From positions 18,880 to 82,879 of the forward strand of contig PIYN01000008.1 of the NCBI GenBank assembly GCA_003601775.1: a stretch of DNA of 64,000 nt. The letters are read 5' to 3'. Source of the DNA: Candidatus Bathyarchaeota archaeon. Lineage in GTDB: Archaea > Thermoproteota > Bathyarchaeia > TCS64 > PIYN01. Made by a program: the position numbers and the translations under genes. This document shows, piece after piece, positions 9,107-18,391 of the stretch; position 1 is the stretch's first letter; each line of letters opens with the position of its first letter. The notes below the pieces were generated by a model. The model saw only the letters and a list, made by a program, of their open reading frames with translations, ran no database searches and had not been told where the DNA came from.

Positions 9107-10955
9107 GAGGTTCTTCACGGACTTCGGCGGGAGGTTCCATGGAAGGCTCTCCGCCGTGGTACCCGCCCGGAGGGGGCTGGGGGAGGCGACCCAGACGACG
9201 GGGACGGCTGCCCAGTGCAGGTGCCTCATAAAGGTGGAGTACCACCCGGACCTGATGGGGCTGCTGGAGGAGGGGATGCTCGTCGCCGTCAAGAACTTCA
9301 AGCCGAGGACTCGGGAGGGCGGGGAGAGGTACACCCTGATGGAGGTCTCCAGGGTCTGGCCCATCCACTATGGGCTGAGCGGCCTCTCCGACCAGAGCTA
9401 CTACCCGATGCAGTTCGAGATCATACAGCAGTCCGAGAGCGACTGGCGGAGGGAGGACTCCTCGGTGATGATGATCGAGATGACGGCCGTCCCCATCAAC
9501 TACGACCTCATCATCTACCCCGATAGGGAGGAGCCCGAGTTCAGGAAGGGGTTCTCCTACCCCATCCCGGCGAGCGAGGCCCACATCCTCAACGAGAGGA
9601 TGATCCACCTGATGTACAACAAGAGCATCATCGAGAAGCTCGGGATCAGGATGGAGGAGCTGACCGAGGAGGCGAGGGGCAACCCCCGACTCGGCGTTAT
9701 CAAGATGTTCGAGGCGGAGGAGTCGAGGATACCTCTCTTCATAGACTTCGAGAACCTCGTCCGCTACCACTTCGGCGTCTTCGCCTTCACGGGAGGGGGG
9801 AAGAGCAACCTGCTAAGCAACATCCTGAGGAGGATCCTCTACCACACCCCCGACATAAAGGTCGTCCTCTTCGACATCAGCTGCGAGTACCCCTTCCTCC
9901 TCCTCGACATCCTCACGGACCCCAGCATCCCATCGAAGGTCATCCTCGAGAACAGGGTCGAGTCAGCCGAGCAGCTCTTCAACACCACTGTGAAGCCGAG
10001 GAGATACGAGGACGACAAACGTGCCCTCAAGGGCTATGAGCTCCTCCTCGAGGAGGGGCGGGTCGGGTTCTACACAAAGCCCAGGTACGTCGTCCCCACA
10101 TACGGCGACTTCCTCAGCCAGCTGAAGGCCCAGAGAGGGCAGAGCTCGGATAGGCCGCACTACCTCGACGCCATAAACGTCATAGAGAGGGCAATCTTGG
10201 GGTACATGGAGGAACACGGCCTCACGGAGGATATGAGGGTGGACGAGGCCTTCGTGAGGTACATCGATGGGGTGGCGACCGAGGCCGTGAATCAGTTCAG
10301 GGTCTCGGAGAAGAGCGGCCTCTACTCCTGGGCGACGACCAGGTCCTCCCTCCTCGAGGTCATAAAGATGAGCAGGAAGGAGAAGGCTGAGAGGAGGGGC
10401 GGCTACAGCGTGGAGCAGATACTGGACCTCCTGGAGGGGGAGGAGCGCCTCATCTGCATCTCGATAGCCGACGCGGTCACCATCAAGGAGCTCGTCATAC
10501 AGCTCACGAGGGTGATGCTCGCGAGGAGGAAGAGGCGCTTCCAGGTGAAGCCCTACATCCTCTTCGTCTTCGACGAGGCACAGGAGTTCATACCCGACAT
10601 GCAGAGCAGCGGGGTCGACCGCAGGTGCTCCAAGCAGGTCGAGACCCTCCTGAGGCAGGGGAGGAAGTACGGCCTCGGAGGGTGCGTCGCGACCCAGCGC
10701 CTCGCCTACCTCAACACCAACGCCCTACAGCAGCTCCACACCTACTTCATCGGAACCCTCCCCAGGCCCTACGACCGCAGCCTCATCAGCAGCACCTTCA
10801 TGATCGACGAGGGGATCCTCGAGAGGACCCTCGAGTTCGCCCCAGGAGAGTGGCTCCTCTCCAGCTTCATCGCCACGGGGATGGAGAACGTCCCCATCTT
10901 CCTTAGGGCCGACAACGCGGAGGACGAGCTGGAGGCCTTCCTCTCAAGGCTTTAG
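9084..10955 (+). CDS. HerA/FtsK-superfamily ATPase (DUF87-like)
   Basis: Walker A FAFTGGGKSN, Walker B YILFVFDEAQEF, and RQGRKYGLGGCVATQRLAYLN typical of HerA. An N-terminal barrel-like region reads LIKVEYHPDLMGLLEEGMLVAVKNF. The start is uncertain (TTG at 9084 or in-frame GTG at 9156). Confidence 0.85.
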   Translation: MKQRGEDERFFTDFGGRFHGRLSAVVPARRGLGEATQTTGTAAQCRCLIKVEYHPDLMGLLEEGMLVAVKNFKPRTREGGERYTLMEVSRVWPIHYGLSGLSDQSYYPMQFEIIQQSESDWRREDSSVMMIEMTAVPINYDLIIYPDREEPEFRKGFSYPIPASEAHILNERMIHLMYNKSIIEKLGIRMEELTEEARGNPRLGVIKMFEAEESRIPLFIDFENLVRYHFGVFAFTGGGKSNLLSNILRRILYHTPDIKVVLFDISCEYPFLLLDILTDPSIPSKVILENRVESAEQLFNTTVKPRRYEDDKRALKGYELLLEEGRVGFYTKPRYVVPTYGDFLSQLKAQRGQSSDRPHYLDAINVIERAILGYMEEHGLTEDMRVDEAFVRYIDGVATEAVNQFRVSEKSGLYSWATTRSSLLEVIKMSRKEKAERRGGYSVEQILDLLEGEERLICISIADAVTIKELVIQLTRVMLARRKRRFQVKPYILFVFDEAQEFIPDMQSSGVDRRCSKQVETLLRQGRKYGLGGCVATQRLAYLNTNALQQLHTYFIGTLPRPYDRSLISSTFMIDEGILERTLEFAPGEWLLSSFIATGMENVPIFLRADNAEDELEAFLSRL

Positions 10956-10967
10956 GCGGGAGGGGCC

Positions 10968-12026
10968 GTGAGGAGGCCGAAGGATCGGGACTACGTCGAG
11001 ACCGTGGAGGGCCTCCTCTTCTGCCTCATCGGATACCTCCACCCCCCATGGGGCTACACGGCCTACCTGAAGTACGTGCCGAGGCCGGGGGGGAAGTGGT
11101 CGAGGGGCGGGGTCCAATATCAGCGAACCCTCTCCTACTACCACGTGACCCAAGTCGAGGAGACCTTCAAGATCCTCAGGGAGCACTACCCCCAGTACCT
11201 CTTCCACTGCCCCATCCGAAACATAACGATCTCGATAGTCCCGAGGGAGAGGGTGAGGAGGTACTACATCCCAGAGGACCGCCTCCAAGAGATCCTGAGG
11301 GGTGGGGGAGACGAACTCGAGGAGGAGGTGAGATGCCTCGTCGAACTCCTCTCAGACCTCTCAGGCGTCCCCGCGAGGAGCTTCGGCGTGACGGGCTCCA
11401 TCCTCCTGGGGACCCATAACCCCCGCTTCTCGGACATAGACCTCACGATCCTGGGGACAGCGGCCTCCCAGAGGGTGAAGGAGGCCTTGATAGAGGCGAG
11501 GAGGGAGGGGAACACACCCATCAGGGGGTTGACGCCGGGGAGGGCGGAGAAATGGATAGAGGAGAGGATGAGGAGGTTCCCCCTGAGACGAGAGGAGGCT
11601 CGACTCTTCCTCGAGCGGAGGTGGAACTACGGCTACTTCGGCGACAGGTACTTCTCCATCCACCCCATCAGGCTTGACGAGGAGATCAGGGAGGAGTACG
11701 GAGAGAGGCGGTACACACCCCTCGGCATCGCGAAGGGGAGCTGCACCATCACCTCCACAAGAGAGGCGATCTTCCTTCCATCCATATACAGGGTGGGAGA
11801 AGTGGAGACAGAGGGATGGAAGGACCTGGACATCAGGGAGGTCGTCTCCTATGAGGGACTATACACCGATGTACTCCAGGAGGGCGAGCGGGCTAAGTTC
11901 AAGGGACTCATCGAGCGGGTCGAGACGGGGGGCGGGGAGCCCTATCAACGAGTCCTCATAGGGAGCGCGAGGTTGAAAGGAAGAGACTACATCAAGCCCC
12001 TGGTACCTAAGGGAGGAGGCCCTTAA
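10968..12026 (+). CDS. Pol-beta-superfamily nucleotidyltransferase with a C-terminal OB-fold-like region
   Basis: NTase signature FGVTGSILLGTHNPRFSDIDLTILG (GS...DxD). The C-terminal beta-rich segment is GSCTITSTREAIFLPSIYRVGEVE...RAKFKGLIERVE. It starts 12 nt after the HerA-like stop. Confidence 0.72.
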   Translation: MRRPKDRDYVETVEGLLFCLIGYLHPPWGYTAYLKYVPRPGGKWSRGGVQYQRTLSYYHVTQVEETFKILREHYPQYLFHCPIRNITISIVPRERVRRYYIPEDRLQEILRGGGDELEEEVRCLVELLSDLSGVPARSFGVTGSILLGTHNPRFSDIDLTILGTAASQRVKEALIEARREGNTPIRGLTPGRAEKWIEERMRRFPLRREEARLFLERRWNYGYFGDRYFSIHPIRLDEEIREEYGERRYTPLGIAKGSCTITSTREAIFLPSIYRVGEVETEGWKDLDIREVVSYEGLYTDVLQEGERAKFKGLIERVETGGGEPYQRVLIGSARLKGRDYIKPLVPKGGGP

Positions 12027-12111
12027 GAGGGTCCATCGATGGGTTAACTATAAGGGTATTATATCATCCCACGTTTAGACGAGGTTTAACGAAAGGGGTC
12101 GACCCGAAGGG

Positions 12112-13443
12112 ATGGAGAGAACCTACAAGGAAACGTTAAAGTGGTTGTTCGGCCTCAGGAGGTTCGGCTCCAAGCCGGGACTAAAGAACATACGTTATCT
12201 CCTGAGTCGGATCGGCGACCCCCACGAGAGGTTCAAATCCGTCCACGTGACGGGCACAAACGGAAAGGGCTCCACAACGGCCATGGTGGCATCGATCCTC
12301 CAGGCCGAGGGCTACAAGGTCGGGAGGTTCACCTCACCCCACCTCTCAAGCTTCACCGAGCGCATAGTCGTTAATGGAAGGCAGATCCCACCTGGAGATG
12401 TTGTCAGGATCGTCGAGGAGATCAAGCCCGTCATAGGGGAGATGGTGAGGACCCCAGGACTTAGGCACCCCACCTTCTTCGAGGTCGTCACAGCCATCGC
12501 CTTCAAGTACTTCGCCGAGCAGGGAGTGGACTTCGCCTCCGTAGAGGTGGGGATGGGAGGGAAACTCGACGCCACGAATGTTATCCACTCCCTCGTCTCC
12601 GTGATAACGAACGTCAGCCTTGAGCACACAGAGGTCCTGGGGAAGACCGTCCTCGAGATCGCCGAGAAGAAGGCGGGGATCATCAAAGAAGGCGGGGTCC
12701 TCATAACGGCTACAAAGAACGACGAAGTCTACAACCTATTCAAGGAGGTCTGCAGGGAGAAGCACTCTAGGATGTTCCGGGTCGGCAGGGACATAAGGTT
12801 CAAGAAGCTGCACTCAAGCCTCGAGGGGCAGAGCTTCCAGCTGAAGGGTCTGGTGAACGACTTCGACGAGCTATTCATCCCCCTAATCGGGGATCATCAG
12901 CTGCTGAACGCGGCCTGCGCCGTCGGGGCGGTCGAGGCGTTGAGGTTCCACGGCATCACTATATCGAGGGGGGCGATAGAGGAGGGGCTGAGGAGGGTGA
13001 GATGGCCAGGGAGGCTGGAGATAGTGCAGAGGCACCCGTTAGTTGTGCTGGACTGTGCGAAGGACGCCGAGGCGGCTAAGGCCGTGAAGGAGGCTCTGCT
13101 GAAGGAGTTCACCTACGACAGGTTGATCGCCGTCGTGAGCATCTCCTCCGATAAGAACATCCCCGCTATGATCGAGCAGTTCGCGCAGGTGGCGGATCTC
13201 TTCGTGATAACGGCGCACAAGGTCATGGGGCGAGCGGCCAAGCCATCCCGCATCGCCGAGGAGGTGAAGAAGCAACTCAAGCCCTATGAGATAGTGCCGG
13301 ACGTGAAGGAGGCCGTCCGGAGGGCGATGGAACTGGTCGGCCAAGGGGACATGGTGATCGTCGTGGGCTCTGTATTCCTCGTGGGAGAGGCGAGAGAACT
13401 ATGGTTCAGGCCAACCGTAGAGGAACCTGACACACCAGATTGA
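12112..13443 (+). CDS. folC: Folylpolyglutamate synthase / dihydrofolate synthase family (Mur ligase fold)
   Basis: 443 aa. P-loop HVTGTNGKGSTTAM followed by GRFTSPHL, and ITNVSLEHTEVLG. This is the FolC architecture. Confidence 0.85.
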   Translation: MERTYKETLKWLFGLRRFGSKPGLKNIRYLLSRIGDPHERFKSVHVTGTNGKGSTTAMVASILQAEGYKVGRFTSPHLSSFTERIVVNGRQIPPGDVVRIVEEIKPVIGEMVRTPGLRHPTFFEVVTAIAFKYFAEQGVDFASVEVGMGGKLDATNVIHSLVSVITNVSLEHTEVLGKTVLEIAEKKAGIIKEGGVLITATKNDEVYNLFKEVCREKHSRMFRVGRDIRFKKLHSSLEGQSFQLKGLVNDFDELFIPLIGDHQLLNAACAVGAVEALRFHGITISRGAIEEGLRRVRWPGRLEIVQRHPLVVLDCAKDAEAAKAVKEALLKEFTYDRLIAVVSISSDKNIPAMIEQFAQVADLFVITAHKVMGRAAKPSRIAEEVKKQLKPYEIVPDVKEAVRRAMELVGQGDMVIVVGSVFLVGEARELWFRPTVEEPDTPD

Positions 13444-13516
13444 AACGCAGTTAAACTGGAGGGAATGGTAACCGGGGGCATGCTCCTAAAAGGGGGTGGA
13501 AGAGCCTGAATCGGCG

Positions 13517-14218
13517 CTACGACTCCTCCATGAGATCTGGGAAGAGGGTCCGCACGACGAGGATCAGGGGGGTGGCGATCACCGTTGATAGAATCGTGAG
13601 GAGGGTCCTCTCGACCGCGGAGACCGGGAGGATGCCTATGAAGAAGAGGGGAGGTGGGTTGACGAGGAAGATGAAGATGAGATTACCGAGCATATGCCCG
13701 GCCATCGTGGCCGGGAAACTGCAGAGCGCCACCCCCAGGGAAAGCCTCCCCTTATCCCCGTTCTGAATATAATCCGCGATCCTCCCCCTGAAGAGAAGGA
13801 CTATGGCAAGGCCCAAGAGGTGTAGGACAGGGTAATACGCAGGATCACGGCCCATCCGCATCCAATACCAACCTGCTATCAAGATAGCCAAGACCGCGGC
13901 AGCCAGCATCCAACCCCTGACCCCGAAGACATAGCGTCTGCCCAGCGCCGCCGCCACAAAGGCCGAGACCAAGGCAAGGGGGGTGAAGAACATCCCGAAA
14001 CCCCCACCAGCCAAGGTCTTACCGACGATGGCCCCAAGGAAGGCGGTCAGGGGGCCGAGGACCGGTCCAAGGATGAGGCCATAACCCATCTCCAACGCTC
14101 TGACTATTGGGATAGTACCTTGAGCCCCTATCATCGGGAATCCAGGCAGAAAATTACCAAGGGCGTAGACTGCGGCCAAGACGGCCATCAACGTGACCTC
14201 CTTCACCTCTAACCTCAT
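13517..14218 (-). CDS. Polytopic membrane protein, ECF-transporter S-component-like
   Basis: 233 aa with about 6 TM segments. Gly-rich TM region LILGPVLGPLTAFLGAIVGKTLAGGG. No ATPase or T component is adjacent. Confidence 0.55.
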   Translation of the reverse strand: MRLEVKEVTLMAVLAAVYALGNFLPGFPMIGAQGTIPIVRALEMGYGLILGPVLGPLTAFLGAIVGKTLAGGGFGMFFTPLALVSAFVAAALGRRYVFGVRGWMLAAAVLAILIAGWYWMRMGRDPAYYPVLHLLGLAIVLLFRGRIADYIQNGDKGRLSLGVALCSFPATMAGHMLGNLIFIFLVNPPPLFFIGILPVSAVERTLLTILSTVIATPLILVVRTLFPDLMEES

Positions 14219-14447
14219 CTAAATCCCTCGACGCGTACTGCCATCGATAGAATGAAAAGGAAGATGGATTTAACCTTTTTAGGCTCTTACACCATCTCCT
14301 TCTCAAAACATACAATCAGACCAAGTAGAGGGGAACTCCGACCCCTGTAACAGCAGATAGGAAACCGCTTATCAAAACTTCTCTTTGAATTGAAATGCAA
14401 AATCTTAAAAACATCGCTAAAAACCTTCCAATGAGACCACAGGGAGG

Positions 14448-15026
14448 GTGGTATCAATCATGGGCGGCGAGGGGAGACGGACGACGCAGATCGCAGGTAC
14501 CTCGATCCTCGCAGCCCTTGTCGTGGTCTTCGACTATACCCTCAAATTCTCGGGTCTGAAGATCCCCTTCCCATGGCTCCCCTTCCTCAAGTTCGACTTC
14601 ACCGGCGTCCCCATCGCCCTCTCACTACTGCTCTACGGCCTACCCTCCGGGGCCGCCACCTCCCTCATCGCCTGCCTCGCCATCCTTGCCCGCAGCGGCG
14701 ACCTCGTGGGCGCCACCATGAAGGCAGTGGCTGAGTTCTCCACGGTCCTGGGTATCGCGGCAGGTCTATACCTAACGAGACGATACAGAAAGATCATCTC
14801 CGCCCTCATCGGCATCGCACTCCGGATCGCCACGATGAGCGCGATGAACCTGGTAATCCTCCCGATCTATTATGGACTTCCATATAACGTTGTGATCGCC
14901 CTGCTACCGATGATAGGGGTATTCAACGCGATTCAAGGGGCGATAACGGTGGGTGTCGGATACCTCCTCTATGAGGCGTACATCCGCAGAGTCCCAGCCC
15001 ACCCTACTTTGCTATCAAAGGATTAG
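14448..15026 (+). CDS. Polytopic membrane protein, ECF-transporter S-component-like
   Basis: 192 aa. KFDFTGVPIALSLLLYGLPSGAATS resembles the S-component loop/TM3 region. An alternative ATG start lies at 14460. Confidence 0.58.
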   Translation: MVSIMGGEGRRTTQIAGTSILAALVVVFDYTLKFSGLKIPFPWLPFLKFDFTGVPIALSLLLYGLPSGAATSLIACLAILARSGDLVGATMKAVAEFSTVLGIAAGLYLTRRYRKIISALIGIALRIATMSAMNLVILPIYYGLPYNVVIALLPMIGVFNAIQGAITVGVGYLLYEAYIRRVPAHPTLLSKD

Positions 15027-15781
15027 AGGAAGAGGTCCCTCTCCCGCGGCCTCACCAGGTCCTTCGCAGTAGAGGTCTCAGACCTGGGATAATGATAGCC
15101 ACGTATAATCGCCACCGGGATCCCCTCATCGGCCTGCCCGATGACGAGTTCTGCCGCCGAGGCGAGTTCATCGGCGATGGCCGTCTGCTTAACCCTCAAC
15201 CTATACCCGAAGAGGTCCCGCTCCCCACGCCTATCCCTGATGGCGCTGAGCCCATGGAGCCCGATGGCGACGTTCACCTCCCCCATCCTATGGGCGCGAC
15301 CATGGGTGTCACAGATAATGACCGCTACCTCCTTGCCTGTGAGCGAGCATATGCGTTCCTTGATCCTCCTCGCGGAGGCGTCGGGATCCTCAGGAAGAAG
15401 CGCCACAACATCCTCCCCCGGAACATTCGACTTATCGACGCCACAATTTGCGCAGACGAACCCCTGCCTCGTCTCCGTGATGAGTAGGCGAGGGCCCATG
15501 CGTCTGATGGCCCTCGAGTCCCTCAGTATCACCTCCACCAACCTCGGATCCTTCTTCGTGAAGGAGGCGATGTTCTCAGCAACCTTCGAGGGCCTGACCT
15601 TCCTCAGGTCAACCGTCCTCCCCTCGGCACGGGAGACGATGATATGCGAAACAACGATGACATCCCCCTCCTCGATCGACAAACCCTGCGCCCTCACAGC
15701 CTCCAATATCAGAGAAGCCACATCATCCCCCGCCTCAACGATAGGAAACCCCTCAACCCCGATAATCTCAACCTTCACCAT
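15023..15781 (-). CDS. cofE: Coenzyme F420-0:L-glutamate ligase
   Basis: 252 aa. Contains GFPIVEAGDDVASLI, GDVIVVSHIIVSRAEGR and GFVCANCGVDKSNVPG, the CofE family pattern. Confidence 0.85.
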   Translation of the reverse strand: MVKVEIIGVEGFPIVEAGDDVASLILEAVRAQGLSIEEGDVIVVSHIIVSRAEGRTVDLRKVRPSKVAENIASFTKKDPRLVEVILRDSRAIRRMGPRLLITETRQGFVCANCGVDKSNVPGEDVVALLPEDPDASARRIKERICSLTGKEVAVIICDTHGRAHRMGEVNVAIGLHGLSAIRDRRGERDLFGYRLRVKQTAIADELASAAELVIGQADEGIPVAIIRGYHYPRSETSTAKDLVRPRERDLFL

Positions 15782-16124
15782 TCCAACTGAAGAAAGAGAC
15801 CAAGGGTAGTAAAAACTTCCTATTCAAAGAATGAGCCAGGACCAATAACGAGAGCCCCACACCGCATCATCTACCCAAGACCCTTAACATCAATAAAATC
15901 TCGTTAGCCATATCCGATTCCCCTGAAGAGCTCAACAGGGAGAATTGAGATTAAATCAATAAGACATATTAGGCTTCATAATAGCTTTATTGGCCACTTC
16001 AACTATTGCCTCTACCTGCTACTAATGATCGTCCTGATCCTTCTCATATGCCTGCTCGCGTTCTTCACTTCAGGTTAAAGAGGAGATGACCCTTCCCCCC
16101 TCCGAAATTTACTGTGAAAAGGGG

Positions 16125-16202
16125 TGGTGCGGCCGCCGGGATTTGAACCCGGGTCGTCGGCGTGGAAGGCCGGTATCCTGGTCCAGGCTAGACTACGGCC
16201 GC
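16125..16202 (-). tRNA. tRNA-Gly (anticodon UCC), CCA encoded
   Basis: The reverse complement is GCGGCCGTAGTCTAGCCTGGACCAGGATACCGGCCTTCCACGCCGACGACCCGGGTTCAAATCCCGGCGGCCGCACCA. It has a 7-bp acceptor stem, T-arm CCGGG/TTCAAAT/CCCGG and anticodon loop CTTCCAC. Confidence 0.92.
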
Positions 16203-16230
16203 CCCTTTCATTTGTAAGACCAAAGCCTGG

Positions 16231-16238
16231 TTTTAAGA
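16231..16238 (-). promoter_or_regulatory. TATA-box-like element for tRNA-Gly
   Basis: Plus-strand ttttaaga (minus tcttaaaa) lies 29-36 nt upstream of the tRNA 5' end. Confidence 0.4.
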
Positions 16239-16416
16239 ATTTTCATATTCTGTCTCTCCTTGTCCAGCGGTTGGGGGGTTTGAAGCTGCTCTGCGCATCT
16301 GCTTTGGTGGGAGAGTTGCTCCGTTGAGGGGGATAGAAACGTTATTTTGGGCCCATTTCCTTCACATAAACGTTGGTGCTTTGATTCATCGCTGGGCGAG
16401 TTCGTGAGGTGATAGG

Positions 16417-17430
16417 ATGGAGATTCGGAAGGTTCAGGAGACTGGTGGGGGGACTCTGTTGGTCTCGCTTCCCAAGAGCTGGGCGAGTCGGCACGGGATC
16501 TCGAAGGGTTCCTTCATCGCCATCGAGGAGAGGAGGGATGGCTGTCTGCTGCTGGATCCCCATCCCAAGGAGGAGAGGGGTCCCCAGGTAGTGGTCATAA
16601 GGTACCCCCTTGAGGATGTCCAATATATCGAGTGGGGAATAATAGGCGCATACCTCCTGGGCTATGACTACATCCAAGTGGAGGCGGAGAGGAGGATAGA
16701 CTCCTCAGATAGGGCGAGGATAAAGGACGCGATTCAGAACCTGATCGGCCTTGAGATATTGGAGGAGACCGCGGGGATGATCAAGGCCCAGTGTCTCATA
16801 GACGCATCCCTCGTCAACCCCCATAGCCTCATCGAGAGGGAGAAGGTTATAGCCCTGAGCATGTTGAGAGATATAAAGACCATACTGCTGGAGGCGGATC
16901 AGGACCTGGCGAGGACGGTGATAAGGCGCGACGACGAGGTGGACCGCATCTACTTCCTCCTAGTACGCCTCCTGAGGAGCGCCGTGCAGCGGCCTAAGAT
17001 CGCCGAGAGCTTCGAGATCACACCCCTGGACTGCCTTGACTACCGCCTCGTCGCAGCCCTGTTGGAGTCGATCGCCGACCACATAACAGGCATGGCCCAG
17101 GAACTCCTCAACGTCTCGGGGTTAGACCTCGACGGGAAAATCAGGGCGACATTGGATCAAGTCTTTGAGGTCCTCGAGGGGATGTTGGAGAGGGCCATCG
17201 AGGGCTTCCTTGCACAGGAGCTTAAAGTATTGAGGGAGGTGCGGGAAGGATACAAGCGACTGACCCGGTTGTTGAACATCCTCACAAGGGTGATGACAGA
17301 GTCGGGTCTCCTACGGAACTCGGCTCTGACCTCCATCTTCTCCTATATGAGAGAGATTGGGCGGGACTCCATAGATATCGCTGACCTCATCGGGCCGGAT
17401 CAGATCCTGAGGGTCCAGGAGATTCTTTAA
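16417..17430 (+). CDS. PhoU-domain regulator with an N-terminal AbrB/SpoVT-type DNA-binding domain
   Basis: N-terminus MEIRKVQETGGGTLLVSLPKSWASRHGISKGSFIAIE is an AbrB swapped hairpin. Two PhoU-like helical repeats follow (RDDEVDRIYFLLVRLL). Confidence 0.82.
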   Translation: MEIRKVQETGGGTLLVSLPKSWASRHGISKGSFIAIEERRDGCLLLDPHPKEERGPQVVVIRYPLEDVQYIEWGIIGAYLLGYDYIQVEAERRIDSSDRARIKDAIQNLIGLEILEETAGMIKAQCLIDASLVNPHSLIEREKVIALSMLRDIKTILLEADQDLARTVIRRDDEVDRIYFLLVRLLRSAVQRPKIAESFEITPLDCLDYRLVAALLESIADHITGMAQELLNVSGLDLDGKIRATLDQVFEVLEGMLERAIEGFLAQELKVLREVREGYKRLTRLLNILTRVMTESGLLRNSALTSIFSYMREIGRDSIDIADLIGPDQILRVQEIL

Positions 17431-17494
17431 AGATCTATAAAGATTTCATAGATAAACCTTATTTTAGCCTCTCTGTTTTGCGATCAAATGATCG

Positions 17495-18340
17495 GTGATG
17501 GTTGAGTATGGTAGGAGGAGCCTGGGTGTCGTCGCCACGGCCATCTGTGCGGCCCTCTATGCCGTGGGGTGCTACACCACCGCCTATATCCCCTCCCCTT
17601 GGGGCTTTGGCCAGTTCCGACCAGCCGTTGTCATCCCCTCCTTCTTCGCCACCATCTTCGGGCCCCTGCCGGCGGCTGTGGGGGCGGCGATTGGGACGCT
17701 TATCGCCGACTCTGTGAAGCACGGCTACCTATACCCCGGCAGCCTCATCGCGGCCGTCCCGGGTAACTTCCTCGGCTTCTACCTCTTCGGCCGGATAGTG
17801 AGTAACAGGTTCAGCTGGACACGGTTCATCCTAGCCTCCAACCTCACCCTCACCCTGGCCAACTTCATCGTCGCCGCCCTCTATATCCTCTGCTACAAGG
17901 TCCTCTACATGAACCAGCTCACTAACCTGCCTCCCGGGGCCCTCGCCTTCCTCATCGTGGGGCTTACCATCTGGTGGTTCGTGACCATGCTCCCCTTCGT
18001 CCTGCTGATCACCCCACCGCTCATAAGGGCGACGGCGAGTGCCTTCCCCTCCATAGTCCCAAGAGAGGTGAGGGAGCACAGCCTCAAGGAGGAGCTGCCG
18101 GAGACCGCCTTCAGCTCAGCCTTACTCACCCCAGGGATCATCATGCTGCTGATCGGGCTGGCCACTTCCTACACTAGCCTCGGGCGCTACCTGACGAGCT
18201 TCTTCGGGGACCCGACGAGGTTCCTGGTCGAGTTGATGTTCTACCTCAGCGGCGCCATCCTATCCCTCCTGGGCCTCCTCTTCCGAGTGAGGGCGCGTGC
18301 CCCTGAGAAGGTACCCGTGGTCTCCTTGAACACCCACTGA
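17495..18340 (+). CDS. Polytopic membrane protein, ECF S-component-like / QueT-like
   Basis: 281 aa. Contains GQFRPAVVIPSFFATIFGPLPAAVGAAIGTLIADSV and 6-7 TM segments. Confidence 0.5.
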   Translation: MMVEYGRRSLGVVATAICAALYAVGCYTTAYIPSPWGFGQFRPAVVIPSFFATIFGPLPAAVGAAIGTLIADSVKHGYLYPGSLIAAVPGNFLGFYLFGRIVSNRFSWTRFILASNLTLTLANFIVAALYILCYKVLYMNQLTNLPPGALAFLIVGLTIWWFVTMLPFVLLITPPLIRATASAFPSIVPREVREHSLKEELPETAFSSALLTPGIIMLLIGLATSYTSLGRYLTSFFGDPTRFLVELMFYLSGAILSLLGLLFRVRARAPEKVPVVSLNTH

Positions 18341-18391
18341 CTAATGGAGAGGCAGAGTGATCCTCAGGGGGCTTCCGCCATCTTCAGAGTC

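Noticed and set aside
8120-9364. 414-aa minus-strand ORF across the NurA-like/HerA-like junction
   Set aside because: It is antisense to two motif-bearing genes, and its low-complexity Pro/Leu/Glu-rich composition marks it as a GC-shadow ORF.
14219-14447. Possible riboswitch in the 229-nt divergent spacer between two S-component-like genes, including a small hairpin AGGGG-N8-CCCCT near 14329-14346
   Set aside because: I could not match it to any riboswitch consensus I know (TPP, FMN, fluoride, preQ1). The region is AT-rich promoter-like DNA, and the hairpin is too small to be meaningful on its own.
16025-16078. 17-codon hydrophobic micro-ORF (MIVLILLICLLAFFTSG) in the cofE/tRNA-Gly spacer
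   Set aside because: It is too short and has no supporting ribosome-binding site or conservation evidence.
16124-16327. 67-aa plus-strand ORF
   Set aside because: Its first ~80 nt are the complement of tRNA-Gly, so it is not a plausible protein gene.
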